From an uncultured Candidatus Saccharibacteria bacterium (GTDB lineage Bacteria > Patescibacteriota > UBA1384 > GWA2-35-9 > CAYZGQ01), in assembly GCA_964478135.1 (NCBI GenBank), contig CAYZGQ010000001.1, positions 3,365 to 67,364 on the forward strand: a stretch of DNA of 64,000 bases. The letters run 5' to 3'. The position numbers and the translations under genes are program-made. Positions 19,484 through 30,400 of this stretch are shown one piece after another. Under the pieces are notes generated by a model, which was given only the letters and a program-made list of their open reading frames with translations, did not search any database and had not been told where the DNA came from. How positions within the stretch are numbered: position 1 is the stretch's first letter; each line of letters begins with the position of its first letter.

Positions 19484-20188
19484 ATGCCAGCCAGCAACGT
19501 AATTGAACTTAGATCGGTCACGAAAATCTTTGACAAGGGCAAGCCGAACGAGTTCTATGCCCTCCGAGATGTCAGTCTCGAAGTCAAGGCCGGAGAATAC
19601 TTAATTCTTTTTGGGCCGTCCGGTTCGGGCAAATCAACCCTTTTGAACATTGTGGCCGGTCTTGATCCCTACGAGAAAGGCGAGGTCTTGATCCGAGGCG
19701 AGCGGCTCTCGAAAAAAAGTCAGAACGAGCTGGCTCGCCACCGGCGGGAAAAGGTCGGTATGGTCTTTCAGCAGTTTAACCTTTTGAAAGGGATGTCTGT
19801 TCTTGACAATGTTGCTTTGCCCGATTTGTTTGCCGGTAAATCTTACAAGGTCCGGCGCAATCGGGCCAAAGAACTCTTGAGTCGGTTGGGGTTGAGTAAA
19901 ATGGCTTATCGCAAGCCCAACGAACTCTCGGGCGGACAACAGCAGAAAGTCGCGATCGCCCGGGCCCTGATTCACAACCCTTGGATTTTGCTGGTTGACG
20001 AGCCGACCGGCAATCTGGACTCCAAGTCGGCCGAAGAGGTGATGAATCTACTCAAAGACCTTAACCAGAAGGGCAAGCGGACGATCATGCTGATTACTCA
20101 TAATCCGGATTATCTTGACTATTCCAATCGGGTGGTTTACATGCGCGATGGGAAAATCGAGCGAGAAAAGAGGTCAAGATCACGATGA
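19484..20188 (+). CDS. ABC transporter ATP-binding protein (MacB/LolD/FtsE-like)
   Basis: Walker [11 protein letters not shown]-loop, signature [15 protein letters not shown], Walker [13 protein letters not shown] and H-loop ITHN. Confidence 0.9.
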   Translation: MPASNVIELRSVTKIFDKGKPNEFYALRDVSLEVKAGEYLILFGPSGSGKSTLLNIVAGLDPYEKGEVLIRGERLSKKSQNELARHRREKVGMVFQQFNLLKGMSVLDNVALPDLFAGKSYKVRRNRAKELLSRLGLSKMAYRKPNELSGGQQQKVAIARALIHNPWILLVDEPTGNLDSKSAEEVMNLLKDLNQKGKRTIMLITHNPDYLDYSNRVVYMRDGKIEREKRSRSR

Positions 20189-21381
20189 GGCCGGTCGATT
20201 TTTTGAGATTAAGCCTTCAAAATATTTGGGGCAATCGTTTAAGATCAAGCCTGACTGTTTTGGGAGTTAGTATTGGCATTGGCTCAATCGTTTTTTTGGT
20301 CGGCTTAGGCTTTGGCCTGCAACGTCTGACAATTAACCGGATAATCTCTTCGGCCGCCTTGACCACCTTGGATGTCACGACCACCAAGTCGGCCCTTCTT
20401 AAGCTCGATCAAGAAGCGACCAGCCGGTTTGCCAACATCACCGGAGTTGAGGCGGTTTCGCCGATTTTCCGACTGCCTGGTCAGAGTCAGCGGGACGGGA
20501 CGGCGACCGAGACTCTGATTCAGGGGGTCGAGCCCTCGTTTTTTGACCTTGAGGGGATGAAGCTTGTAGCCGGAAGAATCCCGACAGACTTTTTAAAGCC
20601 GGTTTTGGTCGTCAGCGCGAGCACGGTCAAGCTTCTTGGTTTTGAAAGTCCGCAGGCGGCGCTCGATCAAAAACTTGAGATCCGGGCGGCAATTGTCGGC
20701 TCGGAGGACGGTGAGAATAATGGTCTGGTGGCTCAAAAAAATTATAAATTGCCAGTCGCCGGCGTGGTCGAAAACGAATCCTCGGTCGTTTATCTGCCGA
20801 TTGAGCTGGTGCGATCGGAACAGTTGATCAATTACGATCAGGTCAAGGTTAAGGCGCGCTCGATCGTGGAAATAGACCAGATCAAACAGGGAATCAGCGA
20901 CCTTGGGTTTCAGGTGACATCGGTTGCCGATTTGGTTGAGGAGGTCAATCGGATCTTTCGCTATTTCCAGATCATTATGGGCGGTTTTGGTCTAATCGCT
21001 CTCCTTGTCGCTTCGATCGGAATGTTTAATACGATGACAATCGCCCTGCTTGAGAGAACTCGGGACATAGGAGTTATGAAGGCGATCGGGGCGAGAAACT
21101 TCGACATTAAAGTCTTATTTGTCGCCGAGTCAACTATTCTAGCCGTTCTTGGCGGCTCTCTCGGAGTCTTTTTGGCTTGGTTCTTGAGCCTTTTGGTCAA
21201 CGGTTTCGTCAGCCAGATCGCCCGAGCCGGCGGCGTCGGCCCGATTGATCTCTTTTACTTCAACCCGATCTTTGTTTTGTTGGTGGTTTTGTTTTCCCTT
21301 GTTGTCGGTTTGCTAACCGGCATCTATCCGGCGCTTCGGGCCGCCAGACTCAATCCCTTAACCGCGCTAAGATACGAATAG
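20185..21381 (+). CDS. ABC transporter permease, FtsX/MacB type with extracytoplasmic domain
   Basis: TM1, then an extracytoplasmic domain of about 230 aa, then three C-terminal TM helices carrying the FtsX-family motif (ERTRDIGVMKAIGA...). 4-nt overlap with the ATPase gene. Confidence 0.85.
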   Translation: MRPVDFLRLSLQNIWGNRLRSSLTVLGVSIGIGSIVFLVGLGFGLQRLTINRIISSAALTTLDVTTTKSALLKLDQEATSRFANITGVEAVSPIFRLPGQSQRDGTATETLIQGVEPSFFDLEGMKLVAGRIPTDFLKPVLVVSASTVKLLGFESPQAALDQKLEIRAAIVGSEDGENNGLVAQKNYKLPVAGVVENESSVVYLPIELVRSEQLINYDQVKVKARSIVEIDQIKQGISDLGFQVTSVADLVEEVNRIFRYFQIIMGGFGLIALLVASIGMFNTMTIALLERTRDIGVMKAIGARNFDIKVLFVAESTILAVLGGSLGVFLAWFLSLLVNGFVSQIARAGGVGPIDLFYFNPIFVLLVVLFSLVVGLLTGIYPALRAARLNPLTALRYE

Positions 21382-21411
21382 TCGCCTCACTTGCTCCAAG
21401 GTTTTGATTGA

Positions 21412-23517
<2,106 letters not shown>

Positions 23518-23548
23518 AAACAGTCTTTAATCCTAGTACCATACCGTT

Positions 23549-23854
23549 ATGGCTCGATCAACCAGCACTCGTTCAATAAGCCAGCAGACCGTTCGTCACA
23601 TCGCTGGCTTGGCTCGACTTAAACTTTCAGACGAGGCAGTCAAACTTGCCTCAAGTCAGCTGTCAGTGATTTTGGGTCATATGGCAGATCTTGAACAGGT
23701 TGACACGACTGGAGTAGAGCCGATTGGTCAAATAGCTGATTTGTCCAATGTTTTCCAACCAGATGAGCCAGGTTCATGCTTAAGTCAGGAGCAGGTGCTG
23801 GCTCAAGTTAAATCAAAACAAGCCGGTCGGCTAAAGGTGCGGTCGGTATTGTAA
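23549..23854 (+). CDS. gatC: Asp/Glu-tRNA amidotransferase subunit C
   Basis: 101 aa. VRHIAGLARLKLSDEAV...L..IL.HM..L..VDT.GVEP, and its position upstream of gatA. Confidence 0.8.
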   Translation: MARSTSTRSISQQTVRHIAGLARLKLSDEAVKLASSQLSVILGHMADLEQVDTTGVEPIGQIADLSNVFQPDEPGSCLSQEQVLAQVKSKQAGRLKVRSVL

Positions 23855-23956
23855 GCGACTGAAACTGTCAGCCAACAAAATTCTTGTCTGCTTAAGTGAA
23901 CTAAGGTTATCCTGGTTGCAGGATCGCCCGAGCAGACCAACAAAAGATTAAATTAT

Positions 23957-25444
23957 ATGGCAGTACCAAAAACAATCGCCCTGGCTTACCGGGCGCTTCA
24001 AAAAAGAGACATCAGCTCGGTCGAACTGACGCGAGCTGTTCTCGATCAGATTAGGCAGTTTGATCCGCAAATCAAGGCCTTTCTTTATTTTGATCAAGAT
24101 CAGGCTATAACACAGGCTAGGGCGAGTGACAGTCGCAGACGCTCCGGTCAATCAAAAGGCATTTTGGACGGAATTCCGATCGCGCTCAAGGACGTTTTGG
24201 TCACAACTGACATGCCCACGACCGCCGCGTCCAAGATTCTGGAAGGCTTTATGTCAGCCTACGACGCAACAGTGGTTGCGAAACTTAGGTCCCAAGGCGC
24301 GGTACTAATCGGCAAGACGAACATGGACGAGTTTGCCATGGGTTCTTCGACCGAGAATTCGGCCTACGGGCCGACAAAAAATCCATGGGATCTAGGGCGC
24401 GTGCCGGGTGGATCATCCGGAGGCAGTGCGGCCGCGCTGGCCGCTGGAATGTGTCTGGCCGCGCTTGGTTCGGATACAGGAGGTTCAATTCGCCAGCCAG
24501 CCAGTTTTTGCGGCGTGGTCGGCTTTAAGCCGAGCTATGGCGCTGTTTCGCGCTACGGTTTAATCGCTATGTCGTCGAGTCTCGATCAGATCGGACCGAT
24601 GACCCAAACAGTAGCAGATGCTAAGATATTGTTTGAAGCTATCAAGGGTCAGGATCGGTCAGACGCAACGAGCGTTCAAATTAAAAGACCAACTAGGAGC
24701 AACCGTCAGGTTAAGGCAATAGGTCTTGCCAAAGAGTACTTTGGTCAGGGACTAGATTCACAGGTGAAACCATTGGTTGTCAGAGCGATTGAACTGCTTG
24801 CTCGATCAACCGGGGCAGATATTGTTGAGATATCTTTACCGAACGCCCGCTTTAGCGTCTCGGTCTACTACATTTTAATGTCGAGCGAAGTGGCCAGTAA
24901 TCTGGCGCGCTACGATGGAGTTAAGTACGGCTTGCAGATTCAAGGCGACACTTTGCTCGAGAGTTACCTTGAAAGCCGTTCCAAGGGTTTTGGTCAAGAG
25001 GCTAAGCGCCGGATTATGCTGGGTACTTTTTCTTCGTCAGCCGGCTATAGCGATCAGTATTACCAGAAAGCCCAGCTCGCGCGGGCCAAAATTAAGCAGG
25101 ACTTTGATCAGGCGTTCGAAAAGGTTGATTTAATCGCCGCGCCAGTCGCTCCAACTACCGCGTTCAAGCTAGGTGAAAAGGTTGACCAGCCTCTTCAAAT
25201 GTACCTTTCAGATATTTACACTATTCCAACCAATCTAGCTGGTTTGCCCGGTATTTCAATTCCTTGCGGTTTGGTTGAGGGTCTGCCTGTTGGTCTCCAG
25301 TTGATGGCTAATCGATTTGAGGACGAGTTTTTACTCGATATTGGTCAAAAATACGACCAGGCGCGCGGTCAGTTACCCGGTCCACCATATACTAGCGGTA
25401 CTAATGCCAAGGGAAGACAGATCAAAGTGAGATTAAAGTTATGA
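23957..25444 (+). CDS. gatA: Asp/Glu-tRNA amidotransferase subunit A
   Basis: Amidase signature GGSSGGSAAALAAG...GSDTGGSIRQPASFCG. Confidence 0.95.
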   Translation: MAVPKTIALAYRALQKRDISSVELTRAVLDQIRQFDPQIKAFLYFDQDQAITQARASDSRRRSGQSKGILDGIPIALKDVLVTTDMPTTAASKILEGFMSAYDATVVAKLRSQGAVLIGKTNMDEFAMGSSTENSAYGPTKNPWDLGRVPGGSSGGSAAALAAGMCLAALGSDTGGSIRQPASFCGVVGFKPSYGAVSRYGLIAMSSSLDQIGPMTQTVADAKILFEAIKGQDRSDATSVQIKRPTRSNRQVKAIGLAKEYFGQGLDSQVKPLVVRAIELLARSTGADIVEISLPNARFSVSVYYILMSSEVASNLARYDGVKYGLQIQGDTLLESYLESRSKGFGQEAKRRIMLGTFSSSAGYSDQYYQKAQLARAKIKQDFDQAFEKVDLIAAPVAPTTAFKLGEKVDQPLQMYLSDIYTIPTNLAGLPGISIPCGLVEGLPVGLQLMANRFEDEFLLDIGQKYDQARGQLPGPPYTSGTNAKGRQIKVRLKL

Positions 25445-25893
25445 AAAAGCGACTGAACAATCAGCCTTCCTATCAAGAGAAAGTCTTTGACGCCTTGATT
25501 GGTGGAGTAGGCAAGATCGTCGGTTTAGTACGAATTAGCCCTAAATCGAGCAGACCGATCAAGTCAATTGATCGTTTGGAGATCACCACTCGCTGGCGTC
25601 AGATCGAGCAGAGTCATCGTTTAGGAGGTTCATCTGGGCTCAAGCAGGCGGTGATTGAAGCCGATAATCTGCTCGATAAGGCATTGAGAATGAAAGTTTC
25701 AGGCCAAACTATGGGGGAACGTTTAATTAACGCTCAAAGCTTAATAAGTTCTCAAGCCTATCAAGCCGCCTGGGAAGGACATAAACTGCGCAACCGTATT
25801 GTTCACCAAGACCAGAGCGAGGTGTTGAGTTTTGAGACAGAACAGGCGCTTAAGGGTTTCAAACAAGCTCTTCTCGAATTGGGAGGATTATGA
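25441..25893 (+). CDS. hypothetical protein inserted between gatA and gatB
   Basis: 150 aa. ATGA overlaps at both ends (25441-25444 and 25890-25893). Predicted helical C-terminal half (AVIEADNLLDKALR...GHKLRNRIVHQ). No family recognised. Confidence 0.6.
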   Translation: MKKRLNNQPSYQEKVFDALIGGVGKIVGLVRISPKSSRPIKSIDRLEITTRWRQIEQSHRLGGSSGLKQAVIEADNLLDKALRMKVSGQTMGERLINAQSLISSQAYQAAWEGHKLRNRIVHQDQSEVLSFETEQALKGFKQALLELGGL

Positions 25894-27308
25894 ATCATTA
25901 CAGACCGATTATCGGACTTGAGATACACGCAGAACTGTCAACCAAGACTAAAATGTTCTGCCGTTGTCCCAACCCAATCTATCTTAGTAAAAAGGTTGAG
26001 ACTAGGCGGACTGATAAGACAAGTCAAGAAAAAAGGGCAAAATTAACGCCAAACACTCTTGTTTGCCCGGTCTGTCTTGGAATGCCGGGCAGTCTTCCAG
26101 TTATGAATGAGACTGCGGTGAAACTAACTATGCGAACCGGCCAGGCTCTTAACTGCACAATCGCCCAGTTTACCAAGTGGGATCGCAAGAACTATTTTTA
26201 TCCAGATCTACCTAAAAACTATCAAATCTCACAATATGATCTACCTCTGGCTTATGACGGATTTCTTGACTTGGAAGGAGCAAGCGGACAAGGCAAGATC
26301 AGGATCACTAGGATCCATCTGGAGGAAGACACCGGTCAATTGGTTCATTTATCAAATGGTTCCAGTTTGGTTGATTACAACAGAGCGGGCGTGCCTTTGA
26401 TTGAATTAGTGACGCAACCAGACATAGACTCGGCTGAACAGGCTAAGCAATTCGCTAAGGAGTATCAGCAGATTTTAAGAGTTTTGGCTGTTTCAAGCGC
26501 CGATATGGAGCAGGGTGAGATGAGAGTTGAGGTTAACGTGTCCCTAACGCGAATCAGCTCGAATCTCGATTCGAATCCAGCCGGTGTTGGGACTAAGGTG
26601 GAAGTTAAAAATTTAAATAGTTTTAGGTCGGTTGAGCGGGCGATTAACTACGAGATCAACCGACAGACTAAAATACTTGATTCTGGGATTAAGGTCGTTC
26701 AGGAAACAAGAGGTTGGGATGAGTCAAAGCAAAAAACATTCAGTCAGAGGGTCAAGGAAACAGCGGCTGATTACCGCTACTTTCCTGAACCAGATCTGCC
26801 ACCGATAGATACAACTAAAATTTCCCTTGACCCAATACCGGAGTTACCAATTAACCGTCGTCGTCGCTATATCGGTTTGGGGATTACCGATTCTGACGCC
26901 AAGGTGATCGTGGGCGATCGCAAAAGGGAGCAGATACTCGATCAAGTGATAACACAATCACCTAAAAGCGCCAAAAAAATAGCCAATTTTTTGGTCAATA
27001 AACCCCAGGCAGTTAATCTTGGAGTTAAAGAACTGACAAGAATCGCTCGGTTCTCGGCTCATCAGCAAAAGCAATCCTTCAAGGCTGGTCGGGCAATATC
27101 TCAAGTGAACCAAGACCGATTAGCCGGCTCGGGGCAGATCGTCAGTGCGCTTGATCGCGTATTCGATTCAAACCAAGACGCGGTCGATAAATACAAAGCT
27201 GGCAAAAAACAAGTCATCGGTTTTTTAGTTGGTCAGGTTATGTCAGAACTTAAAGGGCAGGCAGACCCTGGTTTGATCAGACAGGCAATTGAGAAAGCTC
27301 TCGAGTAG
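25890..27308 (+). CDS. gatB: Asp/Glu-tRNA amidotransferase subunit B
   Basis: IGLEIHAEL, KMFC.C, CPVCLGMPGSLPV, KNYFYPDLPKNYQISQYD, RIHLEEDTG, and a C-terminal GatB/YqeY domain. Confidence 0.95.
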   Translation: MNHYRPIIGLEIHAELSTKTKMFCRCPNPIYLSKKVETRRTDKTSQEKRAKLTPNTLVCPVCLGMPGSLPVMNETAVKLTMRTGQALNCTIAQFTKWDRKNYFYPDLPKNYQISQYDLPLAYDGFLDLEGASGQGKIRITRIHLEEDTGQLVHLSNGSSLVDYNRAGVPLIELVTQPDIDSAEQAKQFAKEYQQILRVLAVSSADMEQGEMRVEVNVSLTRISSNLDSNPAGVGTKVEVKNLNSFRSVERAINYEINRQTKILDSGIKVVQETRGWDESKQKTFSQRVKETAADYRYFPEPDLPPIDTTKISLDPIPELPINRRRRYIGLGITDSDAKVIVGDRKREQILDQVITQSPKSAKKIANFLVNKPQAVNLGVKELTRIARFSAHQQKQSFKAGRAISQVNQDRLAGSGQIVSALDRVFDSNQDAVDKYKAGKKQVIGFLVGQVMSELKGQADPGLIRQAIEKALE

Positions 27309-27324
27309 TCATTCGATTCGGGTC

Positions 27325-27353
27325 TTGACGGATCGGTCAAACTAAGTCACAAT
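27325..27353 (+). promoter_or_regulatory. putative promoter of the 1816-aa gene
   Basis: TTGACG 27325-27330, a 17-nt spacer, then CACAAT 27348-27353. The double SD AAGGAGAAAGGAGG follows at 27390-27403. Confidence 0.4.
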
Positions 27354-27445
27354 TTTTGTGATATGTGATCTATGCAGGTGCGCATATTTAAGGAGAAAGG
27401 AGGATAACTACGTCCTCTCAATTAAGTCGCAATCCACTGGCCCAT

Positions 27446-30400
27446 TTGATCCCGCTGGCACAAGCAGGCCAGCTTTTTGGCTATTCAGCCGGTCATATGA
27501 ACTATTTAGCCCGGTCAGGGAAAATAATCGCTTTGAAACTCGGGGGTCAGTGGTACACGACTCGGGCGGCTGTTTCAGCCTACCAGGCCGGTCAACCCCA
27601 ACCGGAAAACCCGACCGGATTTATGTCTTTAGCCCAAGCGGCCAAGCAGTATGGCTATAGCGCCGGACATCTCAACCTTTTAGCCCGAGAAGGTAAGCTT
27701 GAAGCGGTGAAACTTGGGCGAAACTGGTACACGACCGAGCGCGCTATCGACCAGTACCGACAAGGCGTGCGTGAGATAGAATTAGTGCCAGATAGTCCTG
27801 ACCCGGCGCTCCAGATATCCCAGCCAGAAAATATTAATGTTAAAGTCAGGCCAGTAGCCAGTTACCAGGGATTTGGCATAACCGAAACCGATGATGACGC
27901 GCCAGGTCCGACCGGGGGATTTAGGCTCAAGTCAGTTATGGTCAGCCGTGGTTTTAAGCTCGGGTTGATCACACTTATAGTGTCTGGGCTGGCTTTTGGA
28001 CTGGGACGACTGGTTCAAGGCTGGCGCACGGGTGAGTTGAATGGACTGGGGCCATCTGGCATCGCGGCTTATTTGTTTGGTGGAGAGTTGGCCCAAGGAG
28101 ATCGTCTGGGCTCGGGTTTTCTCGGCAGTATCACACGAGAGCGAGCTCAATCCGATACGCCTGGGGTCAGACCCGAGGCGAGCCCTAGTCCGGACACTGT
28201 GGTCAATAACACGACAGTCAACAACTATAACCAGACCGTTAACAACGACAATCGTCAGGTGACAAACATCAGTACAACCAAAACTGCTAAAGATATTGTT
28301 GGAGAGTTATCCGACCCGCAGGTGAGTGATGACATCACGATTAACTCGAGCAAGGCTGGTTCGTTTAGTCCAAGCGGTAACACTACTGCCTTGACGGTCA
28401 AGCAAAGTTCAGCCAGTCCCTCGGAAACCCCGATCGTTAAGATTCAAAACGCGTCTGGGGCTAACCTTGTCACAGTTGATTTTGAAGGCAATTTAGGTCT
28501 GGCTGGTGGATCTAGATTGGAAATAGGCGGTCAGCAAATAGGAATTGCCAATCTAGCGGATGGATCTTCTATCGCGTCTCTTTCCGGTAGTCAAACTCTG
28601 ACTAATAAAACTTTGAGCGCGGGCGTTATCTACCAAGGATCGGCGATTAGCCCGAGCTACGGCGGGACCGGTCTAACATCAGCTCCCAGCAACGGCCAAC
28701 TCTTGATCGGCAATGGCTCGGGTTATACTCTGGCGGCTCTAACGGCTGGGACGGCAATTAATGTGACCAACGGTTCTGGTTCAATTACGATCGCTAATTC
28801 AGGTGTTACCTCGCTATCTGCCGGAACCGGCATCGCTGTTAGCGGTTCGTCGGGCGCGGTTACACTGACCAATTCGGGCGTGACCGCTCTGACCGGCACA
28901 ACCAACCAGGTCAGCCTGTCTGGTTCAACCGGTTCGATCACCATCTCAACGCCCCAAAACATTCATACCGGCGCCAGTCCAACCTTTTCAAGGCTCAATT
29001 TATCCGAGGCGTCCAATCAGTTGGTTCTTCAGTCAAATAGTGTTACAGGCAGTCTGACCTGGACGCCGGTCACATCCAATAAAACGATCACTCTGCCTAA
29101 TCTCACCGGAACCGCTTTTTTGATTGATGGAGGCCAGACGATCAGCTCTGCTGTCTGGAACGCTAGCGCTATCGGCCCGAGCTATGGCGGGACTGGTCAG
29201 ACGACCCTGGCCAAGGGTGATATTTTGTATGGCTCGGCGACTGATATTTGGTCGCGACTGGCTGTTGGCAGTATTGGTTATGTCCTCCAGGTCTCCCTAG
29301 ACGGCGTTCCAGAATGGGCGACTATTTCTTCCTTATCTGTTGGTAATGCTGACACGCTTGATTCGCTTGATTCAGCGGATTTTTTGCGCGCGACCGCCTC
29401 GGACACTTTTGAAGGAGTTAATTCAAGAACCCTGACCATTCAGTCTGATCTTTCCTCAGGCGCGAGGACGGTTGACCTTTTGACGATCAGCCAGGCGAAC
29501 GATCCAACCAATAACTTTACGACTGGCAATCTCCTAACAATTGCCCAACTCGACACCGGTTCGTCGGCCGATGCCTTAGAACTTAATCAGACTGGATCTG
29601 GTAAGGCTATTAACATTGTTTCAGGCGAGCTGGCGACAGCCGGCAACATCGTTCAAACCGGGGCAACCACGCTGTCAACCGGCACGGGCGCGGTCTCGCT
29701 CGGGGGTGACACGACCATCGCTACTGGAAAGAACTTGACTCTCGCGTCCGGGACAGGCACTTTTAGTCAGATTTTTAGTAATACGACCGGTACTGGAGCA
29801 AACTGGAATATCACTAACTCTGGTTCTTCTGGGACTAACACTGTTGGCGGGATAGGATTAGTGTTGGCTGGAACCGCCAACACGACTGGTTCGAATGTGA
29901 TTAATGCTATTAATTTTTCCAATGTCCCTCCGGCGACCAATAATTCTTATTACGCCCTGAATGTCGGAACCGGCTTTACTGATATTGTACGCTACAATGG
30001 CGCCCAGTTGATCTCTGGCTCGGGTGTCATTCAATCGGCCGCGCTTTCTGGTAACTACACTGGTGTTACTGGAGTTGGGATTTTATCCACCGGCACCTGG
30101 AATGCAGACACAATCATCTTTGCCAAGGGCGGCACGGGCTTAACAGCCACGCCCAGCAATGGCCAACTCTTGATCGGCAATGGCTCGGGTTACACTCTGG
30201 CCGGCTTAACCGGCACTACCAATCAGATCAATGTCGCTAGCGGGGCCGGTTCGATCACCCTCTCAACTCCCCAAAACATCCATACCGCCGCCAGTCCAAC
30301 CTTTGCCGGTTTGACTTTGTCCGACTTGACCCCTGGTTCTTTGGTCTTTGCCGGCGCCGGCGGGGTGATCAGCCAGGACAACGCCAAGTTCTTCTGGGAT

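Noticed and set aside
23909-23924. Hairpin ATCCTG-gttg-CAGGAT in the 102-nt gatC-gatA spacer.
   Set aside because: The stem is short, there is no T-run, and the context is unclear. I noted it only as a possible RNA processing or stability element and did not call it.
26560-26595. tRNA T-loop-like string (cgattcgaatccagcc).
   Set aside because: It lies in frame inside gatB (..SNLDSNPAGVG..), and no acceptor or anticodon arms can be drawn around it. I found no tRNA in the window.
27358-27660. 100-aa ORF in an alternative frame overlapping the start of the 1816-aa gene.
   Set aside because: It has a GTG start without an SD, and its translation has no recognisable features. The overlapping frame encodes two clean HTH repeats.
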